A DNA stretch of 64,000 bases from Spirochaetaceae bacterium (GTDB lineage: Bacteria; Spirochaetota; Spirochaetia; PWKH01). Below, piece after piece: positions 54,731 through 62,850 of this stretch. Position 1 is the stretch's first letter. Every line of letters begins with the position of its first letter. The DNA lies in the NCBI GenBank assembly GCA_003559765.1, contig PWKH01000084.1:580-64579 (forward strand). The letters are read 5' to 3'. The notes under the pieces were generated by a model that was not told the DNA's origin, did no database searches, and saw nothing but the letters and a program-made list of their open reading frames with translations. Made by a program: the position numbers and the translations under genes.

Positions 54731-56527
54731 CTAGCTGCGGCGCTTCTTCTCCTTCCGCTGCTGAGAGGCTTTGATGAGATCGGCAAAGGTGGTGGTGCCG
54801 GGATCGCTGCGGTCGGCATCAAACTGCTTCACCGCCCTTCTCTCCATGGCCTTCACCTTTTTCGTCGGTTTCCCGTCAATTTCCTCATACCCGCAGGAGA
54901 GACTCTGGCAGGCGGTAATTTCCTGTTTCTCCTTGCCCTGGACCTTCATCATGGCTCCTCCGCACACCGGACAGGGCGGGGCATCCCGGTAGTCCGGGGA
55001 AAACAGCCGTTTTGACCGCCGGATGTCTTCCACCAGCTCTTCGGTACGCTTCCTGATATCGCGGCTGAAATGCTCCGGCCGCTCCAGCCCGTCGGCAATT
55101 GCCGCCAGCCGCTCTTCCCATCGGGCGGTGAGCTCCGCTGAGCGCAGTTCCTCCGGGGCGATGCGGATGAGCTCCCGTCCCTTGGCCGTGGGCTTGAGAT
55201 ACCGGTCCTCCCGCTCAACGTAGTATTTGCTCAGCAGTTTTTCAATAATGTCGGCCCGGGTCGCCGGGGTGCCGATGCCGCTGCCGGAAATTGAACGCTT
55301 CAGCTTCGTATCTTCAATAAACCGTCCGGCATGCACCATCGCCGACAGGAGGGTCGCCTCGGTATACCGGGCAGGAGGTCTGGTGAGCTCCCGTTTCATC
55401 TCCGCTGACGCAACTGCCAGGGCATCCCCTTCCTTCAGATCGGCGATTGATGCGTGATCTGCCAGTTCTTCGATACCGTCGTCACTCACTCCTGTTATCT
55501 GCTTCCAGCCGAGATGCTTCATCTCAACAGCCTTCGCCTCGAAACGGTGTCCCGCCGCCTCGATGGTGAGCTTCAGGGAATCATAACGGCAGTCAGTCTT
55601 CGGATACGTGACGATCTTATGACGCTCATAGAGCTGCTGGAGCACATCCAGGGTATGCTTTGCCGAGAAGCCAAGCCTGATATTGGCATCCCGCTGAAGC
55701 TCCGTGAGATCGTAGGCAAGCGGGGGAGGCTCATCCCTGGGACTCCGCTCAAGGGAGAGCACCCGGCCGGCGGCGCCCTTGAGGGCGTCGGTTATTTCCT
55801 GAGCCTGCTCTTCCGAAGCGATCCGGGCAGAGCCTGATGTATCCCGCAAACTTCCCAGGATGCCGGAGAAATCCGCCTTCACGGTCCAGCAGGCGGCACC
55901 GCTGAAGGACTCAATCTCATCCTCCCGGTGCACCAGAATCGCCAACGTCGGGGTCTGCACCCTGCCGGCCGACAGGGGAGTGTCGTATCTGCAGGTCAGC
56001 GCCCGGGTGTCGTTCATGTCGACGATCCAGTCAGCCTCGGCCCGGGTCTCAGCCGCCCGGAAGAGATGCTCATAGGCGGAACCGGGCTTCAAGTCCCTGA
56101 AACCCTGGCTGATGGCGCTGTCTGTCTGGGAGCTGATCCACAGCCGGCGGACCGTGCCGTCCCAGTCTGCTTCCTGGATGATCCATCGGGCCACCAGTTC
56201 CCCTTCTCTGCCGGCATCGGTGGCAATTACCAGATCAGTGACGTCCCTGCGTCTGCACAGTTCACAGATTACGGCAAACTGGTCTTTTGTCCGGGGAATC
56301 ACCTGATGTTTCATGGGATTCGGAAGCATGGGAAGAGAGCCCAGGGTCCATCGCTTATATGCCTGGTTGCAGGCAGCAGGCTCAGCCAGTTCAATCAGAT
56401 GTCCCATTGCCCAGGTGACAATATATTCCGGTCCTTCGATATATCCGTTCCGGCGGCGGTGACATCCCAGCACACGGGCAATCTCCCGAGCGACACTCGG
56501 TTTCTCAGCTAGTACGATCGTCTTCAT
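54731..56527 (-). CDS. topB: Type IA DNA topoisomerase (topoisomerase III-like) with an apparent internal deletion after the catalytic Tyr motif
   Basis: Start moved to MKTIVLAEKPSVAREIA (TOPRIM). IATDAGREGE, catalytic Tyr motif VTYPKTDCRY (Tyr308), RPPARYTEATLLSAM, GIGTPATRADIIEKL and a C-terminal CPVCGG...C..C zinc ribbon are present. Only 77 residues separate the Tyr from the PPARYTEATLL motif. Confidence 0.8.
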   Translation of the reverse strand: MKTIVLAEKPSVAREIARVLGCHRRRNGYIEGPEYIVTWAMGHLIELAEPAACNQAYKRWTLGSLPMLPNPMKHQVIPRTKDQFAVICELCRRRDVTDLVIATDAGREGELVARWIIQEADWDGTVRRLWISSQTDSAISQGFRDLKPGSAYEHLFRAAETRAEADWIVDMNDTRALTCRYDTPLSAGRVQTPTLAILVHREDEIESFSGAACWTVKADFSGILGSLRDTSGSARIASEEQAQEITDALKGAAGRVLSLERSPRDEPPPLAYDLTELQRDANIRLGFSAKHTLDVLQQLYERHKIVTYPKTDCRYDSLKLTIEAAGHRFEAKAVEMKHLGWKQITGVSDDGIEELADHASIADLKEGDALAVASAEMKRELTRPPARYTEATLLSAMVHAGRFIEDTKLKRSISGSGIGTPATRADIIEKLLSKYYVEREDRYLKPTAKGRELIRIAPEELRSAELTARWEERLAAIADGLERPEHFSRDIRKRTEELVEDIRRSKRLFSPDYRDAPPCPVCGGAMMKVQGKEKQEITACQSLSCGYEEIDGKPTKKVKAMERRAVKQFDADRSDPGTTTFADLIKASQQRKEKKRRS

Positions 56528-56590
56528 AGACCGCAAAGCATACCGAAAGTGCGCAGTTTCTCCCATAGGATTGGGCAGAAAAACGGGATA

Positions 56591-58537
56591 TCAAGAAGGA
56601 TCTTCGGCCGCTGTACTGGCGGAATCCTGATCCCGACGGAAGGACTGAGTCCCCTCGCCGGGGAGGAAACTTTTCAGATATTCGGCAGTATGCGGATCAC
56701 AGCAGTAGACACTGCATCCCTTCATGCCCCGGGACATCAGGGTCCTGTAGATATGTTTGATCAGCTTCAGCAGCTCCTCCGGCTTCCCCTTGAGACCCTT
56801 TTTCCCTGCGGAATCCTTATACTGATCCCAGTCAGCATACAGCTTCATGGACTCAGGATGATATCTGAGATCCCTGCCGATGATCACTCCCACATAATCA
56901 AACTCAAGCCCCTGGGAGGTGTGGATGCATCCGACCTGGTTGACTCCCTCCGGAGAGACGGCCCATAGTGAACGGGCGCTGCGGGAGTTCCAGGGCATGG
57001 CAAAACCGTGTTCAGGAATTGCCACATCCGGCACTTCGGCATGCTGGTTTCCATTATTTGTCCACGGCCAGGCGTAGCCGGCCAGCAGCCGTGCGGAATA
57101 GCCCTCCCGGGATTTCTCGGCAATATCCTCATAGAGCTCCCAGGGTGTGGTGCAGAGCCTGAAAGAGAATGCTCCGTCGTACCAAGAGGCAGCATCAAAG
57201 TTCGCAGTGTCCCTGATCTGCAGCATATAATCCAGCCAGTTGATATAGCCGTCAACTCCGGAACATCGGAACTGCACGTCCAGGACATGCTCCTGCTCAA
57301 CTGCAGAGCCGAGCTGCGCTGCGGTTTCTCTGATCCGACTGACGCTTCCGATATCCTCAGGCCGGATGCGCTGGGCATCATCAATAAAAAACACCGTCAG
57401 CGATGCCGCAGCAATGACATCACGGATCTGGTCCTCGCCCCGGTAGTTGTAGGCCCTGCTGTCCTTGAGCCGGTGAGCCTCATCGACGATCACCACATCA
57501 TAGCTGTGCTGCGGCACCCCTGCAAATCCGCCGGAGCCGCACAGTACATGATCCAGCACAAACTGGTTATCCCGGTTTTTCGACGAGCGTTTCATCCCGG
57601 ATTCAAAGAGTTTATGCTTCATGACGTCACGGAATGCCGCATTGGGAGCGGCAAGGACGGCATGGAACCGTTCCTTGAGCATACCGTAGAGCAGATTGAA
57701 GGAAAGCACCGATTTGCCCGTCCCCGGACCGCCGGAAATAATGACCGTCTCCTTGCCGCCGCCCTCCCGGGCTTTTTTCATCACCGTTTCATACAGGAGC
57801 TTCTGCTCATCCAGCAGGGTGAAATACTCATTTCCCGAAAACAGTGATCCCACCGCATCGGCCAGTTTCCTGCTGGGGCGGACTTTTCCGTTTTCAATTT
57901 CGTAGAGAATCTCCATCCCCCTGCCCCTGCCGATATGCACCGCTAAATACTGCTGCAGCTGCTCCTCCTGTCTCCGGAAAAACAGGGGCGAGCGATCCAG
58001 ATAACGCCGGTAGGACGGCTGAAGCAGGGGTTCGGGATCTCCCATGGTGTAATTGTGCAGATAGCCGCAGGCATGCACGTTGAGATCACCGGTATAGACC
58101 GCCTCATGAAAATCATGCATGAACTGCCGGTAGCTTGCTGCCTGGTAGCTCGGATGGGAGGTGGGCACCGGGGTGCTTCCCCTAAACACCGTAGCAACCA
58201 CTCCGTCCATGTCCGTCTCCCAGGCCTGCTCCCACTGCTTGAGTTCGACGATGACGCAGTTCTTCTCCCGCTGCTCATTCTCCCCGGTGATCAGAAAGTC
58301 GATTCGTCTGCTGGTATGCGGCAGGGAATATTCGATCAGCACTCCGCAGTCGTCTGCCGCACCGCTGTTGCTGACCACCCGCTCCATGAACTGCAGGGAG
58401 TTCTGCCAGGAACGGCGCTCCGACTGCGGCACGGATCGGTGCAGTTTCTCGCGGAAATGCTGCTCGATCAGATCGGTGAGCTTGAATGAGTTGACGTTGT
58501 CTTTGAACTCGCCGCAGCTGCTTTGGTAGATAACCAT
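56591..58537 (-). CDS. DUF2075-like protein: N-terminal PD-(D/E)xK-like nuclease motif plus a P-loop/SF1-like NTPase
   Basis: 648 aa. RIDFLI ... VIVELKQW (D...ExK pattern), Walker A SGGPGTGKS, Walker B DVVIVDEAHRL, and a C-terminal IHTSQGLEFDYVGVIIG helicase-like motif. It lies 63 nt upstream of topB on the same strand. Confidence 0.8.
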   Translation of the reverse strand: MVIYQSSCGEFKDNVNSFKLTDLIEQHFREKLHRSVPQSERRSWQNSLQFMERVVSNSGAADDCGVLIEYSLPHTSRRIDFLITGENEQREKNCVIVELKQWEQAWETDMDGVVATVFRGSTPVPTSHPSYQAASYRQFMHDFHEAVYTGDLNVHACGYLHNYTMGDPEPLLQPSYRRYLDRSPLFFRRQEEQLQQYLAVHIGRGRGMEILYEIENGKVRPSRKLADAVGSLFSGNEYFTLLDEQKLLYETVMKKAREGGGKETVIISGGPGTGKSVLSFNLLYGMLKERFHAVLAAPNAAFRDVMKHKLFESGMKRSSKNRDNQFVLDHVLCGSGGFAGVPQHSYDVVIVDEAHRLKDSRAYNYRGEDQIRDVIAAASLTVFFIDDAQRIRPEDIGSVSRIRETAAQLGSAVEQEHVLDVQFRCSGVDGYINWLDYMLQIRDTANFDAASWYDGAFSFRLCTTPWELYEDIAEKSREGYSARLLAGYAWPWTNNGNQHAEVPDVAIPEHGFAMPWNSRSARSLWAVSPEGVNQVGCIHTSQGLEFDYVGVIIGRDLRYHPESMKLYADWDQYKDSAGKKGLKGKPEELLKLIKHIYRTLMSRGMKGCSVYCCDPHTAEYLKSFLPGEGTQSFRRDQDSASTAAEDPS

Positions 58538-58833
58538 ATGGATTGCCCCTTATCTCATGCGCGTTCTCCGAGGAACCGGAAGAACTCTATGATACCATGC
58601 AGTGTAAAACACAGCACCGGGTTTTGCAACCTGCGCAAACCAAAAATCAGTCCTGCTTCCCCGTCTCCTGGAATATGCTCCATTGAAGGCGGATCAGAAA
58701 CGGGAATGATTCATGATGTTCATATCTGCAGTTCTTCTCAGCCGTCCCTCGGCTGGTCAATTCAAGCAGCTGCAGACCTCAGCAGTACAGGAGAACCCAG
58801 CCAAAACAGCAATGATCCGGCGAGTGCGGCGAA

Positions 58834-58956
58834 TCAGCGTGGGGACTTTTGCTCTTCCTTCAGTTTTTCGATTTCCTTCTTTAACGCGGCAATCTGAGAA
58901 AGGGCTGCTAGCGAAAACACAAACGCAACCGGTGCCAGTAATCCGATAAACTCCAT
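58834..58956 (-). CDS. Candidate 40-aa single-pass membrane peptide
   Basis: Not in the ORF track because it is under 60 aa. AAGGAG sits 8 nt upstream of the ATG. My translation is MEFIGLLAPVAFVFSLAALSQIAALKKEIEKLKEEQKSPR: a hydrophobic helix followed by a charged amphipathic tail. Confidence 0.35.
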   Translation of the reverse strand: MEFIGLLAPVAFVFSLAALSQIAALKKEIEKLKEEQKSPR

Positions 58957-59182
58957 ATGAGATACTCCTTTGCTGCTATGTAATTCCACCAAATCGTATG
59001 AATACTGTACTTGAGAAACCTGCTTTCGGCTATTGCATCAGAGCACCGGAGAACAGGTTATTCACAGAATCTGCTGGAATATTTCGGTCTGCTGTTTTTT
59101 TCCGTATCAACATGAGCCTGTTCTGCATATGAGAACTGCAGAAACCCGGAGCACCCAGAGCATGCCTGCTTCCGCAGGGATT

Positions 59183-60145
59183 TCATGGAGCAGGGTTTTT
59201 CAGGGCTTCGAGAAACACCTCCCGGACCTGGGACAGGGAGAATGAACCGATTACTGCTTCGGATTCATCGGTGACCGCCAGGGTTTCTGCTCCCTGGTCA
59301 AAAAGCATTTTCACCCCTTCAATCAGTGAGGCCCGGTGATCGATTTTCGGGGCAGATTCCGCCGGCCGCTGCGGCCGAGAGAGTCTGCCGATGCGCTCCA
59401 CATGGAGAAAGGAGGTGAAGTTCTTGAACCCGAAAAAGGAGGTGACGAATTCACCGGCCGGATAGAGCAGCATTTCATCCCGGGTGCCGATCTGCTCAAT
59501 GGAGCCGTTGTTCAGCAGCATGATTCGAGACCCGAGTCTCATAGCCTCCTCGATGTCATGGGTAACGAACACTACGGTTTTTTTCAGTTTTCTGTGAAGC
59601 TGCCCCATCTCATGCTGCAGATTTCCCCGGGTGATCTCATCCACCGCCCCGAAGGGCTCGTCCATCAGGAGGATGTCGGGATCTGCGGCCAGCGCCCGGG
59701 CAACCCCGACGCGCTGCTGCTGCCCCCCGCTCAGGGAGCGGGGATAGCGGTTCAGCAGGTCTGCATCAAGGCCGACCAGCGGCAGCAGTTCCTCAGCCCG
59801 GGCAAGGCGCTCCGATTTCTCCTTCCCCATGATCCGCAGCACATAGGCGATATTCTCCCCCACGGTCATATGGGGAAACAGCCCGATCTGCTGAATCACG
59901 TATCCGATCTGCCGCCGCAGTTCGATCCGGTTCCATTCGGAAAGCTTCGTTCCATGCACCTGAACCGTCCCCGAGTCAAAGGGAATCAGCGCATTGATGA
60001 TTTTCAGGAAGGTGGTCTTCCCGCAGCCCGAAGGGCCGATGCAGGTGAGAAACTCCCCCTGCTCTACTGAGACAGAGAGCTCATCCAGCACCGGCACCCC
60101 CGGCTGATAGGACTTCACCACCCGGTCAAAGGTAATTACCGCCAC
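59183..60145 (-). CDS. Glycine betaine/carnitine/choline-type ABC transporter ATP-binding protein (OpuC/OsmV-like)
   Basis: 320 aa with a GTG start overlapping the upstream stop by 1 nt. Walker A GPSGCGKTT, signature LSGGQQQRV and Walker B LLMDEPFGAVD are present, plus a C-terminal CBS-like tail. Confidence 0.88.
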   Translation of the reverse strand: MAVITFDRVVKSYQPGVPVLDELSVSVEQGEFLTCIGPSGCGKTTFLKIINALIPFDSGTVQVHGTKLSEWNRIELRRQIGYVIQQIGLFPHMTVGENIAYVLRIMGKEKSERLARAEELLPLVGLDADLLNRYPRSLSGGQQQRVGVARALAADPDILLMDEPFGAVDEITRGNLQHEMGQLHRKLKKTVVFVTHDIEEAMRLGSRIMLLNNGSIEQIGTRDEMLLYPAGEFVTSFFGFKNFTSFLHVERIGRLSRPQRPAESAPKIDHRASLIEGVKMLFDQGAETLAVTDESEAVIGSFSLSQVREVFLEALKNPAP

Positions 60146-61041
60146 TACAGCAGCCCCGCTGTTTCGAGAAACTCCCGGGCCGTCACCCTGGGATCTTCGT
60201 TCAGCTCCTCCACCCGGTAGTTCATCCTTGTCATGGATGCATCGTCAATCGCCCCGGAGAGCATATTGAGCACGTCCTTCAGTTCCGGATACTGCTCAAG
60301 GGTTTCCTGACGCACGATGGTTGCCGCCTCATATGAGGGGAAGAAATGCAGATCATCCTCCAGGACGGTGATGTCAAGTTCCGCCAGCAGCCCGTCGGTG
60401 GAAAAGGCGTTGATCACATCAACCTGACCTGATCCGATAGCTTCGTACTTCAGCCCGATGTCCATCTCCCGGGTGTCCCGGAACTGCAGTCCGTAGGCTT
60501 CACTGAGGGCGTCGAAACCGTCGTCCCGCTCAAAGAAATCGTATTCCGCCCCGAAGACCAGCTGTTCGCTCACTTCCGCAAGGTCACTGTAGGTACGCAG
60601 GCTGTACTGGGCAACATACTCATCCCGTACTGCCAGGGCATAGGTGTTGTTGAACCCGTAGCGGTCAAGCCAGACAATGCCGAATTCCGCGAGATACTGC
60701 TCGGCAACTGCATCATAGAGCTCATCGGGCTGTTCGATGAGGTCCTGCTGCAGCACGAAGAGCCATCCGGTCCCGGTGTATTCAGGATACATGTCGATAT
60801 CTCCCTCCAGGACCGCCGGATGGAGATTCGAGGTCCCCCCGCCGATACCCAGCCGCTGATCGACGGTGATATCGGTGTGCTCCTCGATCAGAAGCGAGAG
60901 CATCTCAGCTAAGATGTACTGCTCAGCATGGGGCTTCGAACCTACCGTAACCGAACGCTCCTCGGCTGCTCCTGCCGCTGTGACTGACCACAGCATTCCG
61001 AAACCCAGCACCATACACATCAATGCAGTCCGTTTTTTCAT
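60145..61041 (-). CDS. Osmoprotectant (glycine betaine family) ABC transporter substrate-binding protein
   Basis: 298 aa with a signal peptide. The sequence resembles the OpuAC fold (YPEYTGTGW, aromatic-box tryptophans/tyrosines). Confidence 0.82.
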   Translation of the reverse strand: MKKRTALMCMVLGFGMLWSVTAAGAAEERSVTVGSKPHAEQYILAEMLSLLIEEHTDITVDQRLGIGGGTSNLHPAVLEGDIDMYPEYTGTGWLFVLQQDLIEQPDELYDAVAEQYLAEFGIVWLDRYGFNNTYALAVRDEYVAQYSLRTYSDLAEVSEQLVFGAEYDFFERDDGFDALSEAYGLQFRDTREMDIGLKYEAIGSGQVDVINAFSTDGLLAELDITVLEDDLHFFPSYEAATIVRQETLEQYPELKDVLNMLSGAIDDASMTRMNYRVEELNEDPRVTAREFLETAGLL

Positions 61042-61706
61042 ACCTCTCCTCCCCCTTGGGTCGTACCCAGAACTTTTCTGCGGATCATCCGTTCGGTCCG
61101 CTCAAGTATGAGATCCGCTGCAATGGCCATCAGTGCTACTAAGATGCTGCCGGCAACGGTCATTTCCGTATAATTTGTGGTGATTCCGCGCCAGATGGCA
61201 ACCCCGAGGCCCCCGGCGCCGATAAACGAGGCAATTCCCCCGAGGGCGATGGTCATGACCACCATGGTGCGCACCCCTGCGATGATCACCGGCAGGGCGA
61301 TGGGAAACTGCACCTGCCGCAGCAGCTGCCAGTCGGTGCTGCCCATGCCGACGGCTGCCTCCACCATCATGGGATCGACCTCCATGATTCCCACGTAGGT
61401 ATTGCGGATAATCGGAATGAGGCCGTAGGCCACCAGAGCGATAACCGCACTGGTGGAGCCGATCCCGGTAATCCCGACTAAAAATCCGAACAATGCGATA
61501 GTCGGCACGGTATAGAGAAAGTTCACCAGGGAGAGCACCACCTTGGCGGCGGCTGAACTCCGGGTGATCGAAATACCGACAGTGAGTCCGATCACCGTGA
61601 TGATGAGCACGGCAGTTCCCGTCAGATAGAGGTGTTCGATGAACAGGTTGAGAAAAAAAGATGAGCGATCGGCATACAGCTGGACCACACGATGCAGGAA
61701 TTCCAC
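61038..61706 (-). CDS. Osmoprotectant ABC transporter permease
   Basis: 222 aa with five hydrophobic segments and an EAA-type region (EAAVGMGSTDWQLLRQVQFPIALP). It has a 4-nt overlap with the binding-protein gene. Confidence 0.88.
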   Translation of the reverse strand: MEFLHRVVQLYADRSSFFLNLFIEHLYLTGTAVLIITVIGLTVGISITRSSAAAKVVLSLVNFLYTVPTIALFGFLVGITGIGSTSAVIALVAYGLIPIIRNTYVGIMEVDPMMVEAAVGMGSTDWQLLRQVQFPIALPVIIAGVRTMVVMTIALGGIASFIGAGGLGVAIWRGITTNYTEMTVAGSILVALMAIAADLILERTERMIRRKVLGTTQGGGEV

Positions 61707-61737
61707 CGCTGCATCTCCTTATTGGTGTTTCTCCCCT

Positions 61738-62478
61738 TCAGCCGAAATACTGCGCCAGCGCTTCAAAGACCTGCTGGAGATCACTGAAGCGCAGGACTGC
61801 GTAGTCATCCAAGGGTGTGGGAGTTCGGTTCACAATGACGATCTTCCCGCCATTATCCAGTGTGGTGATCGGGATTGATGATGCCGGCTGCACTACTAGG
61901 GAGGAGCCGAGCACCAGCAGCAGGTCTGCAGAAGCGGCAATCCGAAACGCTATGGCTGTTTCATCCTCCGGAAGCATTTCTCCGAAAAATACAATATCAG
62001 GCTTCATTACGCCCCCGCATGCACGGCAGCGGGGAATCTCCCCCTGGGAGGCTTCAGGAAGCACCGATTCATAGGACTGTTCTGCGTCGCAGTCAAGGCA
62101 TCGGTGCACCGAAGGGGTTCCATGCAGTTCAACCACTCGTCTTGAACCTGCCTTTGCATGGAGCAGGTCGATGTTCTGGGTAATCACCCCCTGGGGCAGA
62201 AGGCCCCGCTGCTCCATCTGGGCAAGCACCCGATGGACCAAAGAGGGCTGCTTCTCATGGAGGGTATAGATAAAGTCCTTCGCTCTGCTGTAGTAGTAGC
62301 CCGGGTCACTGATGAAGGCGGAGAGGTCGAACATGCGCCGGGGATCAACGTCCTGGTAGATACCGGAATCTCCCCGGAAATCCCGGATCCCCGAAAGGGT
62401 GGAGACTCCGGCTCCGGTGAAAGCCGCCGCATTCCGGGATGATTCAAGCAGGTCTGTCAAATCCTGTATACTGCTCAT
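61738..62478 (-). CDS. cobB: NAD-dependent protein deacylase, Sir2 family
   Basis: 246 aa. GAGVSTLSGIRDFRG, QNIDLLH, the catalytic ELHG region and a zinc ribbon (CLDC ... CRACGG) are present. Confidence 0.9.
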   Translation of the reverse strand: MSSIQDLTDLLESSRNAAAFTGAGVSTLSGIRDFRGDSGIYQDVDPRRMFDLSAFISDPGYYYSRAKDFIYTLHEKQPSLVHRVLAQMEQRGLLPQGVITQNIDLLHAKAGSRRVVELHGTPSVHRCLDCDAEQSYESVLPEASQGEIPRCRACGGVMKPDIVFFGEMLPEDETAIAFRIAASADLLLVLGSSLVVQPASSIPITTLDNGGKIVIVNRTPTPLDDYAVLRFSDLQQVFEALAQYFG

Positions 62479-62528
62479 TTCTTCATTGTTAAAAAAAGAT
62501 CTAATTTTGTCAACAACTGCGGGGTTTC

Positions 62529-62557
62529 TTGACGGACTTCTTCAGGAGGTATATAGT
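62529..62557 (+). promoter_or_regulatory. Candidate sigma-70-type promoter of the ferredoxin gene
   Basis: TTGACG (62529-62534), a 17-nt spacer, then TATAGT (62552-62557). Confidence 0.45.
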
Positions 62558-62598
62558 CCAACTGACCGAGTAATATTACTGCTTGAAGGAGGCCGACT

Positions 62599-62766
62599 AT
62601 GGCTTACAAAATTAACGATGCATGCATTGCATGCGGAAGCTGCATTCCCGAATGCCCGGTAGAAGCAATTTCTGAAGGCGATATTTACGTGATTGATCCG
62701 AATCTGTGCACAGACTGCGGCGCCTGCGCCGATGTGTGTCCCAGTGAAGCGATCTTTCCGGAGTAA
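62599..62766 (+). CDS. 2x[4Fe-4S] clostridial-type ferredoxin (55 aa)
   Basis: Not in the ORF track because it is under 60 aa. GAAGGAGG lies upstream. My translation is MAYKINDACIACGSCIPECPVEAISEGDIYVIDPNLCTDCGACADVCPSEAIFPE, with two CxxCxxCxxxCP motifs. Confidence 0.88.
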   Translation: MAYKINDACIACGSCIPECPVEAISEGDIYVIDPNLCTDCGACADVCPSEAIFPE

Positions 62767-62779
62767 GCAGCATAACATC

Positions 62780-62812
62780 GGCCGCCCCGATTCACCGGGG
62801 CGGCCATTTTTC
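62780..62812 (+). terminator. Rho-independent terminator after the ferredoxin gene
   Basis: GGCCGCCCCG (62780-62789), loop ATTCAC, CGGGGCGGCC (62796-62805), then ATTTTTC. Confidence 0.75.
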
Positions 62813-62850
62813 TCTTGCAGTCCATCAGTCCTTCCGGTAAGCTTACAGAC

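Noticed and set aside
58925-58938. TGGCAC-like sigma-54 -24 element on the minus strand (TGGCACCGGTTGCG).
   Set aside because: The spacing to TTGC is 3 nt instead of 5, and it lies inside the candidate 40-aa ORF. It is not a credible -24/-12 promoter.
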